Positions 39,193-52,667 of a stretch of DNA of 64,000 bases are shown one piece after another. Where the stretch lies: the NCBI GenBank assembly GCA_016748015.1, contig JAAOMT010000590.1, positions 186,001-250,000 on the forward strand. The letters run 5' to 3'. Origin of the DNA: Geosiphon pyriformis uo1. Taxonomy: Eukaryota; Fungi; Glomeromycota. Each line of letters starts with the position of its first letter. Position 1 is the stretch's first letter. The notes under the pieces were generated by a model. The model worked only from the letters and a program-made list of their open reading frames with translations, searched no databases and was not told the DNA's origin. Both the position numbers and the translations under genes were made by a program.

Positions 39193-42100
39193 TTGAACAT
39201 TTTTCTAGAAATTGCAACAATTTTTTTTTGTCTCTTCTAGCTTCTAGAAACAATAATAATTAAAACAACAGAACAATTAACAATAATATTCCCAACTAAA
39301 GACCCAATCATGCCAACATCAATTTCTTTGGAGAGAATTCCCTAATTAAAGCCACTGTTTATTAACCTTTAAACTAGTAGGCATACCTCTAAAGGGTAAG
39401 AGTGCAAGCCAATTAAAAGAAAACTCTTTTTATGCTTTTAACCTAATTAATAATAACTATAATATAGATGAACTAACAATTAACTCCTCTGACTTAACAA
39501 GAAAGAAAAAAAAAGCCAAAGTTGATTTTGTTCTAAATCCCAATAAAGCCTCAACTTCTACTGCTAATAACAATAAACCACTAAAGACTAAAGTTTTTAA
39601 GAATTCTCCAAAGTTGGAACTCTCAGAAATTGTACAAAAATCTGGACCCTATTCTGTTGTAAAGAATCTTATAGAAACTCCAACACATATCACTTTTGGC
39701 CAGTTAATAACTCATTTTCAGTTCAGAAAAAATCTTTGCAAATCATTGATACCAAAAAAAAAACACCAAAGACCAACAAATGCTCCCATTAAGCTGAACT
39801 TGTTGACAACAGCAATGTTACTCCTTTAATTTGTAAAGCCCAAGTGGCTGGTTACTTCATTAATTTGATCCTAAACAGTAAATTATCTGTTAGTGTATTT
39901 GCCAAACATTTTCTTGAAGCAATTGACAGAAAGATTGATAAGCCTTCCATTTGATTAATGACCAACATATATGGTAACAAGAAAAAAAGCTTGAGTATAG
40001 CCAAAGCTATTCCTGTTTGCATTAATAGTATTAACATTGAAACTGACATAGAAGTATCTAAAGCCAAGTAATACACAATAATTGTTGGCAATAAGTGGCT
40101 CAAAAAAGCCAAAGCATTACTTGACTATAAGTTTTGTGAACTAACCATTAAATATGGTAAAAAGTCCATTGTGGTTAAGTGCTGTTATTGGACAACTCCT
40201 CCAGTACTAAAGCAAAACCAAGAAGAAGAACAATTAAATGAATCAGATAATAATGAAAGTGATGAAAAAAAAGATCAAGAAGAACAAAAAAAAACTGCTG
40301 AACTTGTCTATACTATTTTTATCAGCAATGGCAAGCTATTAAACAATGTTAAAGTTGACAAAAAAGAAATCATGATAAATGGCAAGCTAATCTGCTGGCC
40401 CTATTATGATATCCTTAGAAAAACCTTTAATAGAAAACCTGGAAAGAAAGCAAAATACAGTTATTAGTGGTATGGCTTTTGCATCAGGTGTTGGTGCAAT
40501 AAATTTTTGTATTCTCCTAGTAATGAATACAAATTCTGCTTGATCTATTACAAAGATTAAAAGCCAATTAGTTTAATACCCAAAGAAAAACTAAAAGAAG
40601 TACAAAAGTTTTTTGAGAATAAACCTCCTGAAATCCAATCACTAGTTGCAGAACAAAGAAAACCTTTTCTTAAAGAAAAAAAAGTGAACATTGAAAATTT
40701 GTTGGCTAAAAATAGCCCAGTTATCTCAAAAGAAGGCAATACTCCTGGATGAACTCATGTGATACAACACACTATCACCACAAAAATAATTTATTTTATT
40801 CATTTGAAGTCTTATTAATTCAATCAACACAATAATGAGTTTATTAAGAAAGAGATAAACCAGATAAAAGATCTTAAATTCATACAAAAAACCAAGAGTG
40901 AATAAGCTTTTCCAGTTGTAATAGTATTCAAAAAAGATAAAACTCTACACTTCTGTGTCAACTACTGCCAATTAAATGCCATTACTATAAGAGATATATA
41001 CCCACTCTCCAAAATTGATACAATGCTAGATAAATCCAATAATGCTGCTTTCTTCTCAACTATTGACTTAATTGCTGAATTCTGGCAAGTAGAGATGGAT
41101 CCAAAAAGCAGAAAAAAAACTGCTTTCATTACCAAGTATGGTATCTATGAATTTACAGTCATGCCTTTTGGTCTTATTAATAACCCTTCCACTTATTAAT
41201 GCCTAATGGACAAAATATTTGAATCAGTAAAAAAAAACTTTGTTCTGGTCTACTTAAACAATATAATGGTCTACTCAAAAATCTGAAATGAACATTTTAA
41301 ACATTTGCAGATGGTTTTTGACCTGCTCAGAAATGCTGGTCTTAAGATCAACCCAATTAAATCTTTCTTTGGATGCCAATTCACCCAGTGTCTTGGTCAT
41401 CTTATTACAAAAAATGGAATCTTCTCTGATCTAGCTAAAGTTAAAAAAGTTTAAAACATTAGACAATTAATGAATGTTCCTGAACTATGCTCTTTCTTTG
41501 GTTTGGCTTCTTACTATCATAAATTCATCAAAAATTTCTCCAAAATCGCCTTTTCTCTCAATCAGCTACTCAAGAAAAATGTCAATTATTATTGGGGCAC
41601 TTATCAACAAAAAGCTTTTGAAATTCTAAAGAAAAAACTTGTTACTGAACCAATTCTCAAGCAACCTAATCTGGACCAACTTTTCATTTTTTACACTGAT
41701 ATATCTGGTTATGGACTTGGTACTGTCTTTTTACAGAAAGATAAAAATAGCAGAGAACATGCTATAGCATATGTCAATAGATTTTTCATATCAGCAGAAA
41801 AGAACTATTCAGTTACTAAACAAGAATGTTTAGCAGTAGTTTGAACTACTAGTTACTGGAATCAATATCTTTTTGGTGTAAAATTTCTAGTAGTAACAAA
41901 TCATTAAATTTTGGTTTGGCTGCACAATAAAAAAAAACTAAAACACAAATAAATAACTTGTTGAATACTCCACTTGGATGAATTTGACTATAATATTCAA
42001 CACTACAAAAGAACAAATCATCAAAATGCTGATGCTTTCTTTAGACTTACCATTCAATGATAGTACAACCTCTTAACTAAATCAACTTAATTATTAATAA

Positions 42101-42747
42101 TACCTTCATAAACAAACATGATAATGAACTTGGACAATTACTCTGTCTTAATGAAATTTTTGGGTAAAAAACAATCACTAGAATACATTCGACAGCAAAG
42201 AGAACATTTGTGCAAACAATCAAATTTCTATTTGATCTGCCAAAACCAATTATATAAAAGAAACAGAAAAGATTCTAACCACTTCTAAAGAGTTATTAAA
42301 TTTAAAAAAAGAGAAATTGTAATATACAACATGCATACTGACTTATTAGTTGGATACTTTGGAAAAACAAAAACAATTCAGAAAACTTTAGCTTGCTATT
42401 ATTGGTCTATTTTGGAAAAAAACATTGCTGAATACATCAAAATCTGTAATATTTGCCAAAAAAAAAGCAAACCCAATTGCAAAGAAGATATCCATCTAAT
42501 CTCTGTTAATTAACTATTTGACAGAATTGGTATAGATGTTGTTTGACCTTTAACAATAACTTCTAATGGCAATAGATACATTATTACAACTACTGACCTT
42601 CTATACTTTCCATAAGTATTAGATCAAAAACTATTCAAATGCTATTCTGATCATTAAAAAACAAACCACCATAACAAATAACAGTGGAACACATACTGTT
42701 ATTAGACCAAAAAATTCATTACCAAAAAAGAAAAAATTGGTAGCAAA

Positions 42748-43215
42748 ATGAATAAATATCTGTTAGAAAATATAACAGCAACTATACTCTCATTTTCTAG
42801 CACAATTGGAAAAACAATCCAAGAAATCTTGTCCATAGACAAAAATTTGTCATATGAAAAGCAATTAAAACTCTATAGTCACCTTGAAGAAATCATAAAA
42901 GATATGAAATTTATGAAGAAAACAATTTCAAAGATATAGACAGAAATTTTGGGCATTATACAGTTAGATGTCTCAAGAGTTTTAACTATTGCTAAAAAAA
43001 CCAAAACTTTAATACAAAGATTTGGTCTCTTGGATACAAAACTCATTTTATCTCAAGTATTATATATCCTATTCACAAAAAATTTTAACAAACTAGTTAG
43101 TCTTGAGTTAGATAAAACTCTTCAAATAGATTACACTATAAATAGCTTAATTTCACCAAAGCTTAATCTCTTTGGAGAGAATGATATTATAATTAAAACC
43201 TACACTTCTTATTAA
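42748..43215 (+). pseudogene. Gypsy D extra 3' ORF (divergent, ORF3 position)
   Basis: ORFs 42748-42939 and 42949-43215 are in one frame split by a single stop, and run into the PPT/LTR. Confidence 0.6.
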
Positions 43216-43825
43216 TTATCACATGTATTAGCCATTGATGTCATATAATTAATCACTCTATTTTTAGATAGTAATCATTGACCTGATCATTGACTACTTT
43301 TGATAGCTATATAAGCAATAAATCTCTTAGCTATAGAAATACATATAAGAATTAAAGAAAGAAAAGCAATAAAATAACAACTTCATCTTAATTCTTTTCT
43401 TATCACTAAATTCTTTTTTCTTACTTTTAAGTATCCAAACATCTTGGAATAAAAAATTACTTGTTGGTTATTCTCTACTTTTTTCCTGAAATGTATAATT
43501 GTAGTATTTGAAGATTATTGAATAAAACATAACTGAAAAGTACATCTAATATCTGATATTGAATTTTAAGAGTGCTAACATAAGACATAGAATTATACCA
43601 GATGTAATTATTTGTTGACAGTATAGACTATTTTTCTACTTTCAGATTTCTTAGTTGTCTTTTGAAAAGTATAGTGACTGAGATATTTTATGAAACTGAT
43701 CTTGCATATTGAATTCTTACTTATTCAATTCACTCTTTGAAGTTGTATTCTCTTTGATTCTTTTCATCACCTTACAATTCTGTTTTCTTTTGTTATCTAT
43801 TAGCTTGTTACTCCAATCCATAACA
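43185..43825 (+). repeat. 3' LTR of Gypsy D
   Basis: Follows a purine tract (~43174-43184), ends ...TAACA and is followed by the GTAT TSD. Confidence 0.88.
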
Positions 43826-45658
43826 GTATTAAACAAAGATTTAAAAAGTCTAAAAGCATAATAAGCACCAAATTATTATAATGCTTCCAAAGCTCATTCG
43901 TAATACCAGACAAATCTACAGCTTTTTTATTAAACAGGTCCTTAACCATGTGCACCAAATTATCATAACTGATAGCAGTTATAACACCAAAAAAAGCATT
44001 ATTATCAACATAAGCCAATGGCAGATATTAATACTATTACAAATTGGGAATACTATCCAACACTATTCTTTTTCTTGTCCAACCCTCTATAATTAAATCA
44101 ATCTTATTTTTAATATTAACTAAATCCAGAATCAATTTACCTTCAAAAACCAAATAATCTAATATCATATTATAGAAAAGATGTTCTAATACACTCTGAA
44201 TAGTGTTGGTTTTTATCAACTGCAAAACTTTTCATCCATTTATTAATGACAGATCTAATACTTAACTTCTCAGTCTTTAATGACTTGGCAAGTTTGGATG
44301 CATAATATGACTTTCTTATACCAAACAGAACAGAATACACATGAATAAAATTTGCATCAGAATTTACAAGATTCTGAATAATTAATGTCTTGTTACTGTT
44401 CAAAGAAATCCAACAGTTCATTAAAAAAACAAATCTATTAACACTCTCCTTATGAAAAGTCTTAACAATCTTTAAAACCAAAATTTCTCATTTATGAAAC
44501 CTAAAAAATTTTTTGGTGAAAACACCATCAAAGTTTCTAAACCATCTTTTTTTGAATATCCTATTAGCCAAAAAAATTACTATTTTGTGAATGGTATTTC
44601 ACATTGCATCCAAATCCAAAACTTTTTAGAAGTGACAAATTCATTAAAGAACATTGCAGTATTGGCTGCTGTAGCATTTTTAAAAGTGTTCTATTTTACT
44701 TCATTAGTATTTTTGATATTAAACTTCCAATAATCTTTATTTGTCTGTTTACACATAGAGTTTAACTGCACATCTAACAAGTCTTTTAAGTCCACAAAAA
44801 CAAAAACAGCATAGTAATTGGTGTCAAAATATTTTTCAACATTTATTATACCATGATCTACTATTATATTAACCAAGTTTGAAGAAATAAATACATAATT
44901 AATCATCTTTGTGATACTCCTTAAATTCTTTTATGTTAATGTATTTACAACTAGACTTCCAACCAGCAAATTAACTAATCCCAAACTAAAGCATTTTTTA
45001 AAACTAGCACATCTGTAAGATCTGTTTTTATTGAAATCTCTATCTAAAATTAAAAAAAAAAACTCGTTAATGGCTTTTGCAATTAAAAAATTAATATTAT
45101 CTACTTAAGAAATTTGGGCTGTCAATAAAGCACTAACATATAGTTCTAAAATCGAGACAAAAAGTTTATTCTTGAAAAGCAATTTGACAGATAGCAGCTG
45201 GCCAGAAATCTTTAAAACCTTACACACATGTTTTGTCAAAGCAATATCTATAATAATTGTAACATCAAAATCCAAATAACTAGAATCTACACCAGAAGTA
45301 AACACTTAAATACTATTAAATTTGTTTTTAATCTATGAACAAATCTTTTCTTTTAAGTTGGTCTCAGTAACAACAAAAATTAAATTATTTATATCTTTGT
45401 GCCAATAAATGATATTTTTCTGTTTGGCAGGATTGTTTATTTTTTTGATATTGTATGTGACAATTTTTTATACTAAACTACTTAAATAGATTATTAGAAA
45501 ATTAAAAAAAAACTTTTTTCTCTCTTATTTCCAAAAATCCTCAAAAAGCACGTTTTCTGAAAAAAAAGTTTTTTTAATTTTTCTTGTTAGTTTATATCAT
45601 TATTTTTTTAAGTAATAATCCTTTTGTTGTGGATTTAAAAACTGTTTCTGGCAGTGAT

Positions 45659-48018
45659 ATGTCTAAAAAAAAGCACCCAAAGGTGCTTTCTATGGTCCTG
45701 CTGGTGGTTCCTTTGTGCTGTTATTCATAAAAAGAAAACAGATATAGAAAATAGCAGACCAATGAGAGAATAGTATTTAGCAGATGAGCATATTGCTTAG
45801 CAATATAGAGCAATGTCAGAAATCATGGCACATTGCTCAGCAATGTGAAGCAATGTCAGAAAACATGGCATATTGCTTAACAATGTGAAGCAATATTAGA
45901 AAATTAGAGCACATTGCTTAGCAATATGAGCATTGCTCAAGAAATTATAGCACATTATTCGGAAATATGAGTGATCTTGTAAAACATCAATTATGTATAT
46001 ATAGCAGTAGTGTTAGAAGTAGAAAAAGAGAATCCTTTAGTAAGAAATCTCCCATTTACAAATATTGAATAAATAAATTATTTATCATCCAAATCCACTC
46101 TTCACTATCAACACTTCATGTTAATAGCAATTGATACTTAACCACACTAGAACAATAGCTCTTGATCATGGCTATTAACAAATACTAACTTGTGCATTGC
46201 TTTGGCTTATTTCTTTAAGTCATTTCTTTTATTTTTTTGTCTTAATTGTTGTTATTACTAACTCTATTGAGGATTAATGCATGGGGTACTGACATCAGAA
46301 TATAGCACTGGTAAAAAACCCAGAAATAAACATAGAACACTCAATTGAGATTAGCTTACCAGGAAAAACACTGGCCATTATACTGAGAAAAAAATTGACA
46401 AAACTGTAGTTTCAAAAAGCTATGGATAAAAACTATTACCACTGAATCTCTGTCCATTATACAAAGAATTCAACCAAAATCTTCAAATAAACACACCTTC
46501 AGATTGTCATCATTGACAACAGCCTTGAGCACCAAGTTACAGGTTTGTTATTTATTCTAACAACCAAGTAAACATCTGTAACAGTACAGAAGAAAAAAGT
46601 GGTTCTTGGAAATGTCAAACACTCTGGTGATGAGAAAGATATCTCCTTGAGTAAATCTAGTTCTGGTAATAGTGTGTATTCTAATGTGAATAGTTTATCT
46701 GGTGATGATAAGGATGTTGGCATAACTGGTATGAATAGTGGATCTCATCTAGGCTCAGCTGTTACTACTCCCAAGACAAAACGTGTTAATACTGGTGTTG
46801 GTTTTGGCTCCTCACTTAGCTCTCCCAATTTTTACATGGAAGATGATAAGATTGTTTTTCCTTTTCGCTTACCCATCTCTCTAGACAAAAAGTGGATTGA
46901 CCCAAAAATTATCAAAACTCCTGTGGAGGTGTCAGTCAAAAAATCATTCACTTTGGACATTAATCTTTCAGCAGTAGAAAGCAAATCTGCCACAGCTAAA
47001 ACTCAAGTTATCAGAAAAAATTTTTCATCAGTCAATAGTTTTGGAGGGGCCATTATCTCTTCAAAATTTGAAAGGATCATCTGATCTATGTTTACTTCTG
47101 AGGAGAGCATGATTAAGACTGCATTATTGGCCAGAGAAAAAGGGATTGTCATAAACAATAATCTTAAGATACAAGGAATGAGGTCAGATTGGGCTGTGAT
47201 AATCAAAAAAATTCTCATGGATATGCCTAAAGATATGATCATCACCACAGTATCTGAATTTGGAAAAATTAAGTCAATTAAAATTCAATTAATTGGAATG
47301 TGGCAAAAGGCTGTGGTGGAGTTTGCTGAATTAGACCAAGCTGATTTGTTAGTCTCTAAGTGGTCATTCCTGATTGGTAAGAATTTTGTGTGCATAGCCA
47401 AAACAGTGGAGAATTGTGAGACTTGGGCATTAAGGGATTGATTCAGAGTGCTTTTGTTTACTTTGCCAGTGGAAACAATGGCATATGATCTTGGGACTCT
47501 TTTGGATAGGGCTGGTAAAAAAACTTGTGTCATAAATAGATCTCTGGAAACTGGTAATAGGATTTGTTGTGCTGTAGTCAATTTTAAATTTAATAATGAT
47601 CTGGAGTCTGCCTTTCACACAGAGCTGATTCTTGGCAGTATTAAACTTTCTTGGGCAAGAATAGATCTGGTTTGGTGTGAAAAATGTGGAAAGTTTGGTC
47701 ATTCTGCTATGGAATATAATGCATCTGTTGCATCCTCACCTAAGCTTTCAAGAACATTTAAAAGGGTTGTGTCTAATAGACATCATCTTCAGTTGGCTAA
47801 GTTGTATGATAAAAAAAGTGTTCTAATATTTCACCCTACTGCCTTTGGTGGCAAATCTTGGGCCCAGGTGGTCACACTTGTTGGTCCTTCTGGTGGTTTT
47901 TGTTTCAGTTTTGGTTCCAGTTCTAGCCTTCATTTTTCTGGTGTCTCAGATTCAGACAGTAGTTTTCCTCTCACTTCAGCCAACACTTCTTTTTTGAGCT
48001 CTCTTTCTTTCTCAATGA
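45659..48018 (+). pseudogene. LINE F ORF1 (RRM-like plus CCHC), interrupted by a solo LTR, C-terminal part deleted
   Basis: WQKAVVEF RRM-like motif and CEKCGKFGH knuckle; homologous to 34557-36170. Confidence 0.85.
45719..46583 (+). repeat. Solo LTR related to Gypsy A/E, with a 40-bp palindromic U3 array
   Basis: TGTTA...TGTAACA termini; TSD GTGC/GTAC (45715-45718 and 46584-46587). Confidence 0.92.
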
Positions 48019-51000
48019 GTAATTTGGTGTGGAAAGCAGTTACATGTAATGTCAGAGGCATAAACAATCCTGCCAAACAGAAGGATATTGTTCGATAGCA
48101 CAAAAATATGGACAACATAATTTCTGTGATTACTGAAACAAAGTTGAAAGGCAAAGTTTGTTTTTGGATTATGAATAAGTTTGATGGCATTTGAGTGTTT
48201 ACCTCTGGTTTAGAGTCTGGTTATTTGGGTGCAGGTGTTACCATAATTATGGATGTTTCTCTAGTAAAGCATGTATACAAAGTTTCTGAGGTGTTTGGTC
48301 AACTTATCTCTGTAAAATTGCTCTTTAAAAACAAACTTTCATTGACAGTTTTGGGCTTGTATGTGAGTACCACCTTGGAAAAGAGGCTGGCTCACTCCCA
48401 TAACATCAATTTAATGGTGGCTGAGACTTTAAATGGCAGTACATTTGTTGTTCTTAGTGGTAACTTTAACAAAAATAATTCTGGTTACAGTGCAAGCTTC
48501 AAAAAATGTCTGGATCTGGGTTTGTTTGATTCTTTACATAGTTTTTCTTTGCACAGACTTTCCATATGGTTCAATTTGAGAGGTATTCAAAAGTGCATAG
48601 ATTTTATATTAGTTAATGATGGTCTTCACAGTTTGTCTTTTAACCAAAAAGTTTACTGTCCAGCTGAATTTTTTGATTCTGACTACTTGGTAGTATCAGC
48701 AGACATTGGTTTGGAGGGCTTTCTCAATTCTCAGCTTAATTCAGTATGCAAACAGGCCATGAAAAAAAAATGGAAATACAAAGTTAGTGGTGTCAGTGAT
48801 GAGGTTTGGAAAAAGTTTAGAGATGCATTATTGGCTGCTTTTTCAAAGTCAGCTGGTAATTTTGAATATCACACCACTGAAGGTAATATCAATAGGATGT
48901 GGACACTCCTTTGTCAAATGGTGCACTTTGCAGCAGAAGCTACTCTCATGAAAATATGGTCTAGGGATAGTGAGTTGGTTAAAACTTCTGCTTCTTCTAG
49001 ATTTCACAAGTTAGAACTTTTAGTGGCAAAAATTTTGAATGCATACAAATCAGGTAATTTAAAAAGACTTCAGGCTTTAGTTAATAAATAGGTCGACTTA
49101 AACTTTGACCAAGCCGTAGAGTTCAAGAGTTCCTTAGACAATGGTCATGACAGAGTATTGGTTGAACAATCACTAGCATATTTTAGGAAATTATATAAGT
49201 TTCGCAAGTTTTTGAAATCTAAGGCTACTGAGGACTCATAGATCCGAGTGGCAATTGATAAGCACATAGAAGCTTTTGCAGACAACAAAGGTCAAATGAT
49301 CAGAAGTGTGTTGGAGAAGCTTTTTAGAAAAGTCATGCTGGATCATCTGATTGATAATGGAGATTTGGTCTTGGAATCAGATTTGGTCAAGGGCAGGGTG
49401 GATTTAATTATGGAAAATTAAACCAGGAAATGCACAGTCAAACCTTCAATGTCTTCTTGTTGGCAAGTATAATTTTCTCCTTTTGATTATGTCAGTAATA
49501 GTGCATTTTCTGGTGTGATAAAGCAAATTAATTTTGATGAGTTTTTATTGGTGGTTAAAGATCTTCCTAATAGCAAAGCTGCTGGTTTGTCTGGTATCTC
49601 TAATAAAATATGAAAGCACTGTGATAAGTCTGTTTTGGTCCTTCTTTTGCATTTGCTCAACTTGTGCTTATTATGTGAATCTGTTCCGGATGCCTGGAGA
49701 GAAGCCTGGGTATCCATGATTCCGAAACCTTATGAATGGGAAGGGGTCCTGACAAACACCAGACCTATTGCTCTTATTAAGACCTCTAGGAAAATTCTTT
49801 CAAAAATTCTATCTGATTGCATTTTGAGAGCCTGCAACACACATAATGTTCTGTGTAGGGACAATTTTTTGGTGTTGAAAGGCACTTCTATTCAGTCTCT
49901 TATCTTTGTTGTAGAATCTGTTGTGGAAAATGCTTTGAAGAAGAGCAGAAAACTCTGGTTGGTACTTTAGGACATGTGCAAAGCTCACAATTCGGTAAGC
50001 TGGTTGCATCTAAAAGGTAGTCTAGAGAGAATCAAAATGTGTGAAAGGTTTGTCAGGTTTTTTGGTAGTATCCACAATGGCTGCAAGAATAAAGTTATGA
50101 CAGACTTTGGTTTGTCTAAGGGTTACAAGGTACACAATGGTCTGGACCAGAAAGAAGTTTTTTCTTCTTTTTTGTGGAGAATTTTTTATAATTCTCTGTT
50201 GTGTGAAGTAAAAAAACATAAGTCATTCTTTGGGTATTAGGTTGATTCCAAATTTGTGGCCAGAACATATAAAGTTGAGTTGAATACTGGTTTGACTTCT
50301 TATTTGGCTGCTGGTGCTTTTGTGGATAACACCATTTGGGTTGGCAATTGTTGTACAGTAACACAGAACATTTTGAACATTGCTAGTGAGTTTTTTAAAT
50401 TAATGGATATATCAATCAACACAGAAAAGACAGTTGCTATTTCTATTAACCCAAGAACCAGCAACACCTTCTTGGAAGTGAGCAAGTCTTCTATTTTAAT
50501 CACGAAATCTGGTGAGGTTTATTAGTATCTAGGTATTTTTCTATCAACTAAAGATCTTTCTGGCCCAAATTTAAAAAAGGCAAATTCAGATGTCAAGTTT
50601 TTCTCATCTATGGTTTTATGCAAAGCCATTATGAACAAGCAGTTCTCTTATTTGGTATTAGCTGTTTTACAGTCCATAATGGAATATAGAACTCAATTTA
50701 GCTTTGTTAGTAGAAGCATATGTGAGAAATGGGACTATATAATTAGAAAGGGATTGAAGTCTAAAGCCAATCTGTTTAGGGACTTTTCTAATGAGGTGGT
50801 ACACCATTCTTCTTTTTACAATTTGAAGCCCTTTGAACAAGTTTAGGCAGAAGCAAAAGTCTCGTCAGTGTTACAATTTGCTAATAATAGTGGGTTAATG
50901 GGTTGACTATTTGGGCACAGATTAATGAACTTGCAGGTTTTGGGCTGGGTTTTTTGGAACTCTCTTCAATTTCCTGTTAAGTTAATGATCAATTCAATGA

Positions 51001-52667
51001 ACAATTTTCTGGCTGGTGTTGCTAAAAATTTTTTATGTAATGGCATCTCCTTAGCTAATAGCTTGCTCAATGCTTTTTGTTTCAAGCGAGGTTTTTCTGT
51101 TCTGGATGTTTTGGGCCAAACTATGTATCTCTGGATTTGCAGATCACTAAAGCATTTTGGGATTATTTTTGTAGACCAGTTGTTAAACAGTCATGAAGAA
51201 TGTTTTAATTGGAAGAATTTTTGCCATTGGAAATAACTGGATCTTAGAGACCCAGTTCCCTTATGATTCACGCTGGTTTTGGATTTTGTCAAGAATGGTG
51301 GTTTGGTTAAAAGTTCTTCTTTTGCTTTTGAGTTCTCTTCCAAGTTGGATGTTTCTGATATGGACCACTTTGGTTTTGTCCATTCTAGTTTGAAAGATGC
51401 TTCTTTGCCAATGATCTTAGTTTATACTGATGGTTCTGTTAAAGGCTTTGGTACTTCTAATGCTGTCAGAAGGACTGCCGCTTATTTTTCTGATTTAAGT
51501 TTGCACATAGGTGTGGAAGTCCATGATATGCTATCATCTACTCTAGCTGAAATGCAGGCTGTTGTGCTGGCTTTTGAGTGCATTCCAGCTTCCTTAGATG
51601 CTTGTCAGGCCAAGTTGAGGTTGGTGGCTCCAGATTTTCACAACAGATGCTGAATAGAATGCTGTTATATTAGCAATTTGGTCAAATATAAAAACATTTC
51701 TGTCACCTGGTTAAAGGTGAAAGGTCACTCTGGTATTTTGGACAATGAGCACGCTAATTGGTTGGCTGATTTAGTCACATCATCAAGACTTGTTCTTTCA
51801 GCAAATGTCAAAGAAAATTTTTTAATGGCAGATGGTAAGATAATTTCTGACAATGCACGTTGCTTCACTAGATTAACAAATAATACTGTTAGACGTTTTC
51901 AATGGGAATTTGGATCTGGTTTGAGTGTTGTGGATCCTTTACGAGTTGGGAACATAAACTGGGTTTGTATTGCCTTAGTATGGCATCCTGATTCTCACAT
52001 GTCTACAGGATATATAAGCAGAACTACCACCAGTTTGCACACATATTTGATGAAAGCTTTACACAGAAAGCTACCTATAGCTGTTAAAAAGCACTTATAT
52101 GATCAAAGTTATCCTAGTGTGTTTTGTGTACGTTGTGGAGAGGTGGATTTTTCAGATAATTATTTTGTTTGTTGCTTGGACTTTTTGACGTGTCAAAGCT
52201 TGTTAAGTGAGCATTCCTCTCTTTGGAAATCTCTTACTGGGACAATTTTGTCATTATTTGTGGTTTTGTAGTCTCTAGCTTCTTTTGTTTCTAATGGTGG
52301 TCTTTACACATCTTTGTGCAAGTGTCTCGTGTTTGAAGATTGGTTGGCAGAAGCTAAAGTGTCTTTTGTAAATACTAAGCTTGCAATGTCTAATTTGGTC
52401 AAGTTTGTTTGGAGTATGATTATTGGCCATAGGGAGCAAATTTGAGTGCTTAATTCAAAACTTCGAGCTGAAATGGAGCATTATAGGTCATTATGTACAG
52501 ATAGGTCTTTATGTAATATTGTTCGGGGTCTTCCTGCTAAGGTTTCTGGTGGTGTTGCTTATTTACTAGGAATTGAGAGAGGTTATGTGACCAACTTTGG
52601 TCTAAGTATTAGCCATTTGTTTTTTGCTGGTGCTGTTAGTGAAATTACAGTAAATATAGTTGCATAG
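48015..52667 (+). pseudogene. LINE F ORF2: APE endonuclease, reverse transcriptase, RNase H, zinc finger (~1550 codons, many stops)
   Basis: TCNVRG, TETK, GNFN (GDFN), IDFI, RPIAL, AGAFVDNT (FVDD), VYTDGS, AEM.A, VKGHSGI..NE.A, CVRC. Confidence 0.93.

Larger units (their letters stand above)
36284..43825 (+). mobile_element. Ty3/Gypsy LTR retrotransposon D (no dUTPase seen; integrase core deleted; divergent ORF3)
   Basis: LTRs 36284-36919 and ~43185-43825, GTAT TSD (36280-36283 and 43826-43829), PBS, gag, protease ~39850-40150, RT ~40750-41560, RNase H stop 42058-42060, integrase N-terminus to ~42595. Confidence 0.92.

Noticed and set aside
45788-45960. CRISPR-like array of palindromic repeats
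   Set aside because: The intervening sequences are repeated rather than unique spacers, there are no cas genes, and the array lies inside a eukaryotic LTR.
48111-52450. Alternative genetic code with TGA or TAG read as Trp
   Set aside because: Trp positions appear as TGA, TAG and TAA inconsistently between copies, matching G>A decay; the host gene uses the standard code.
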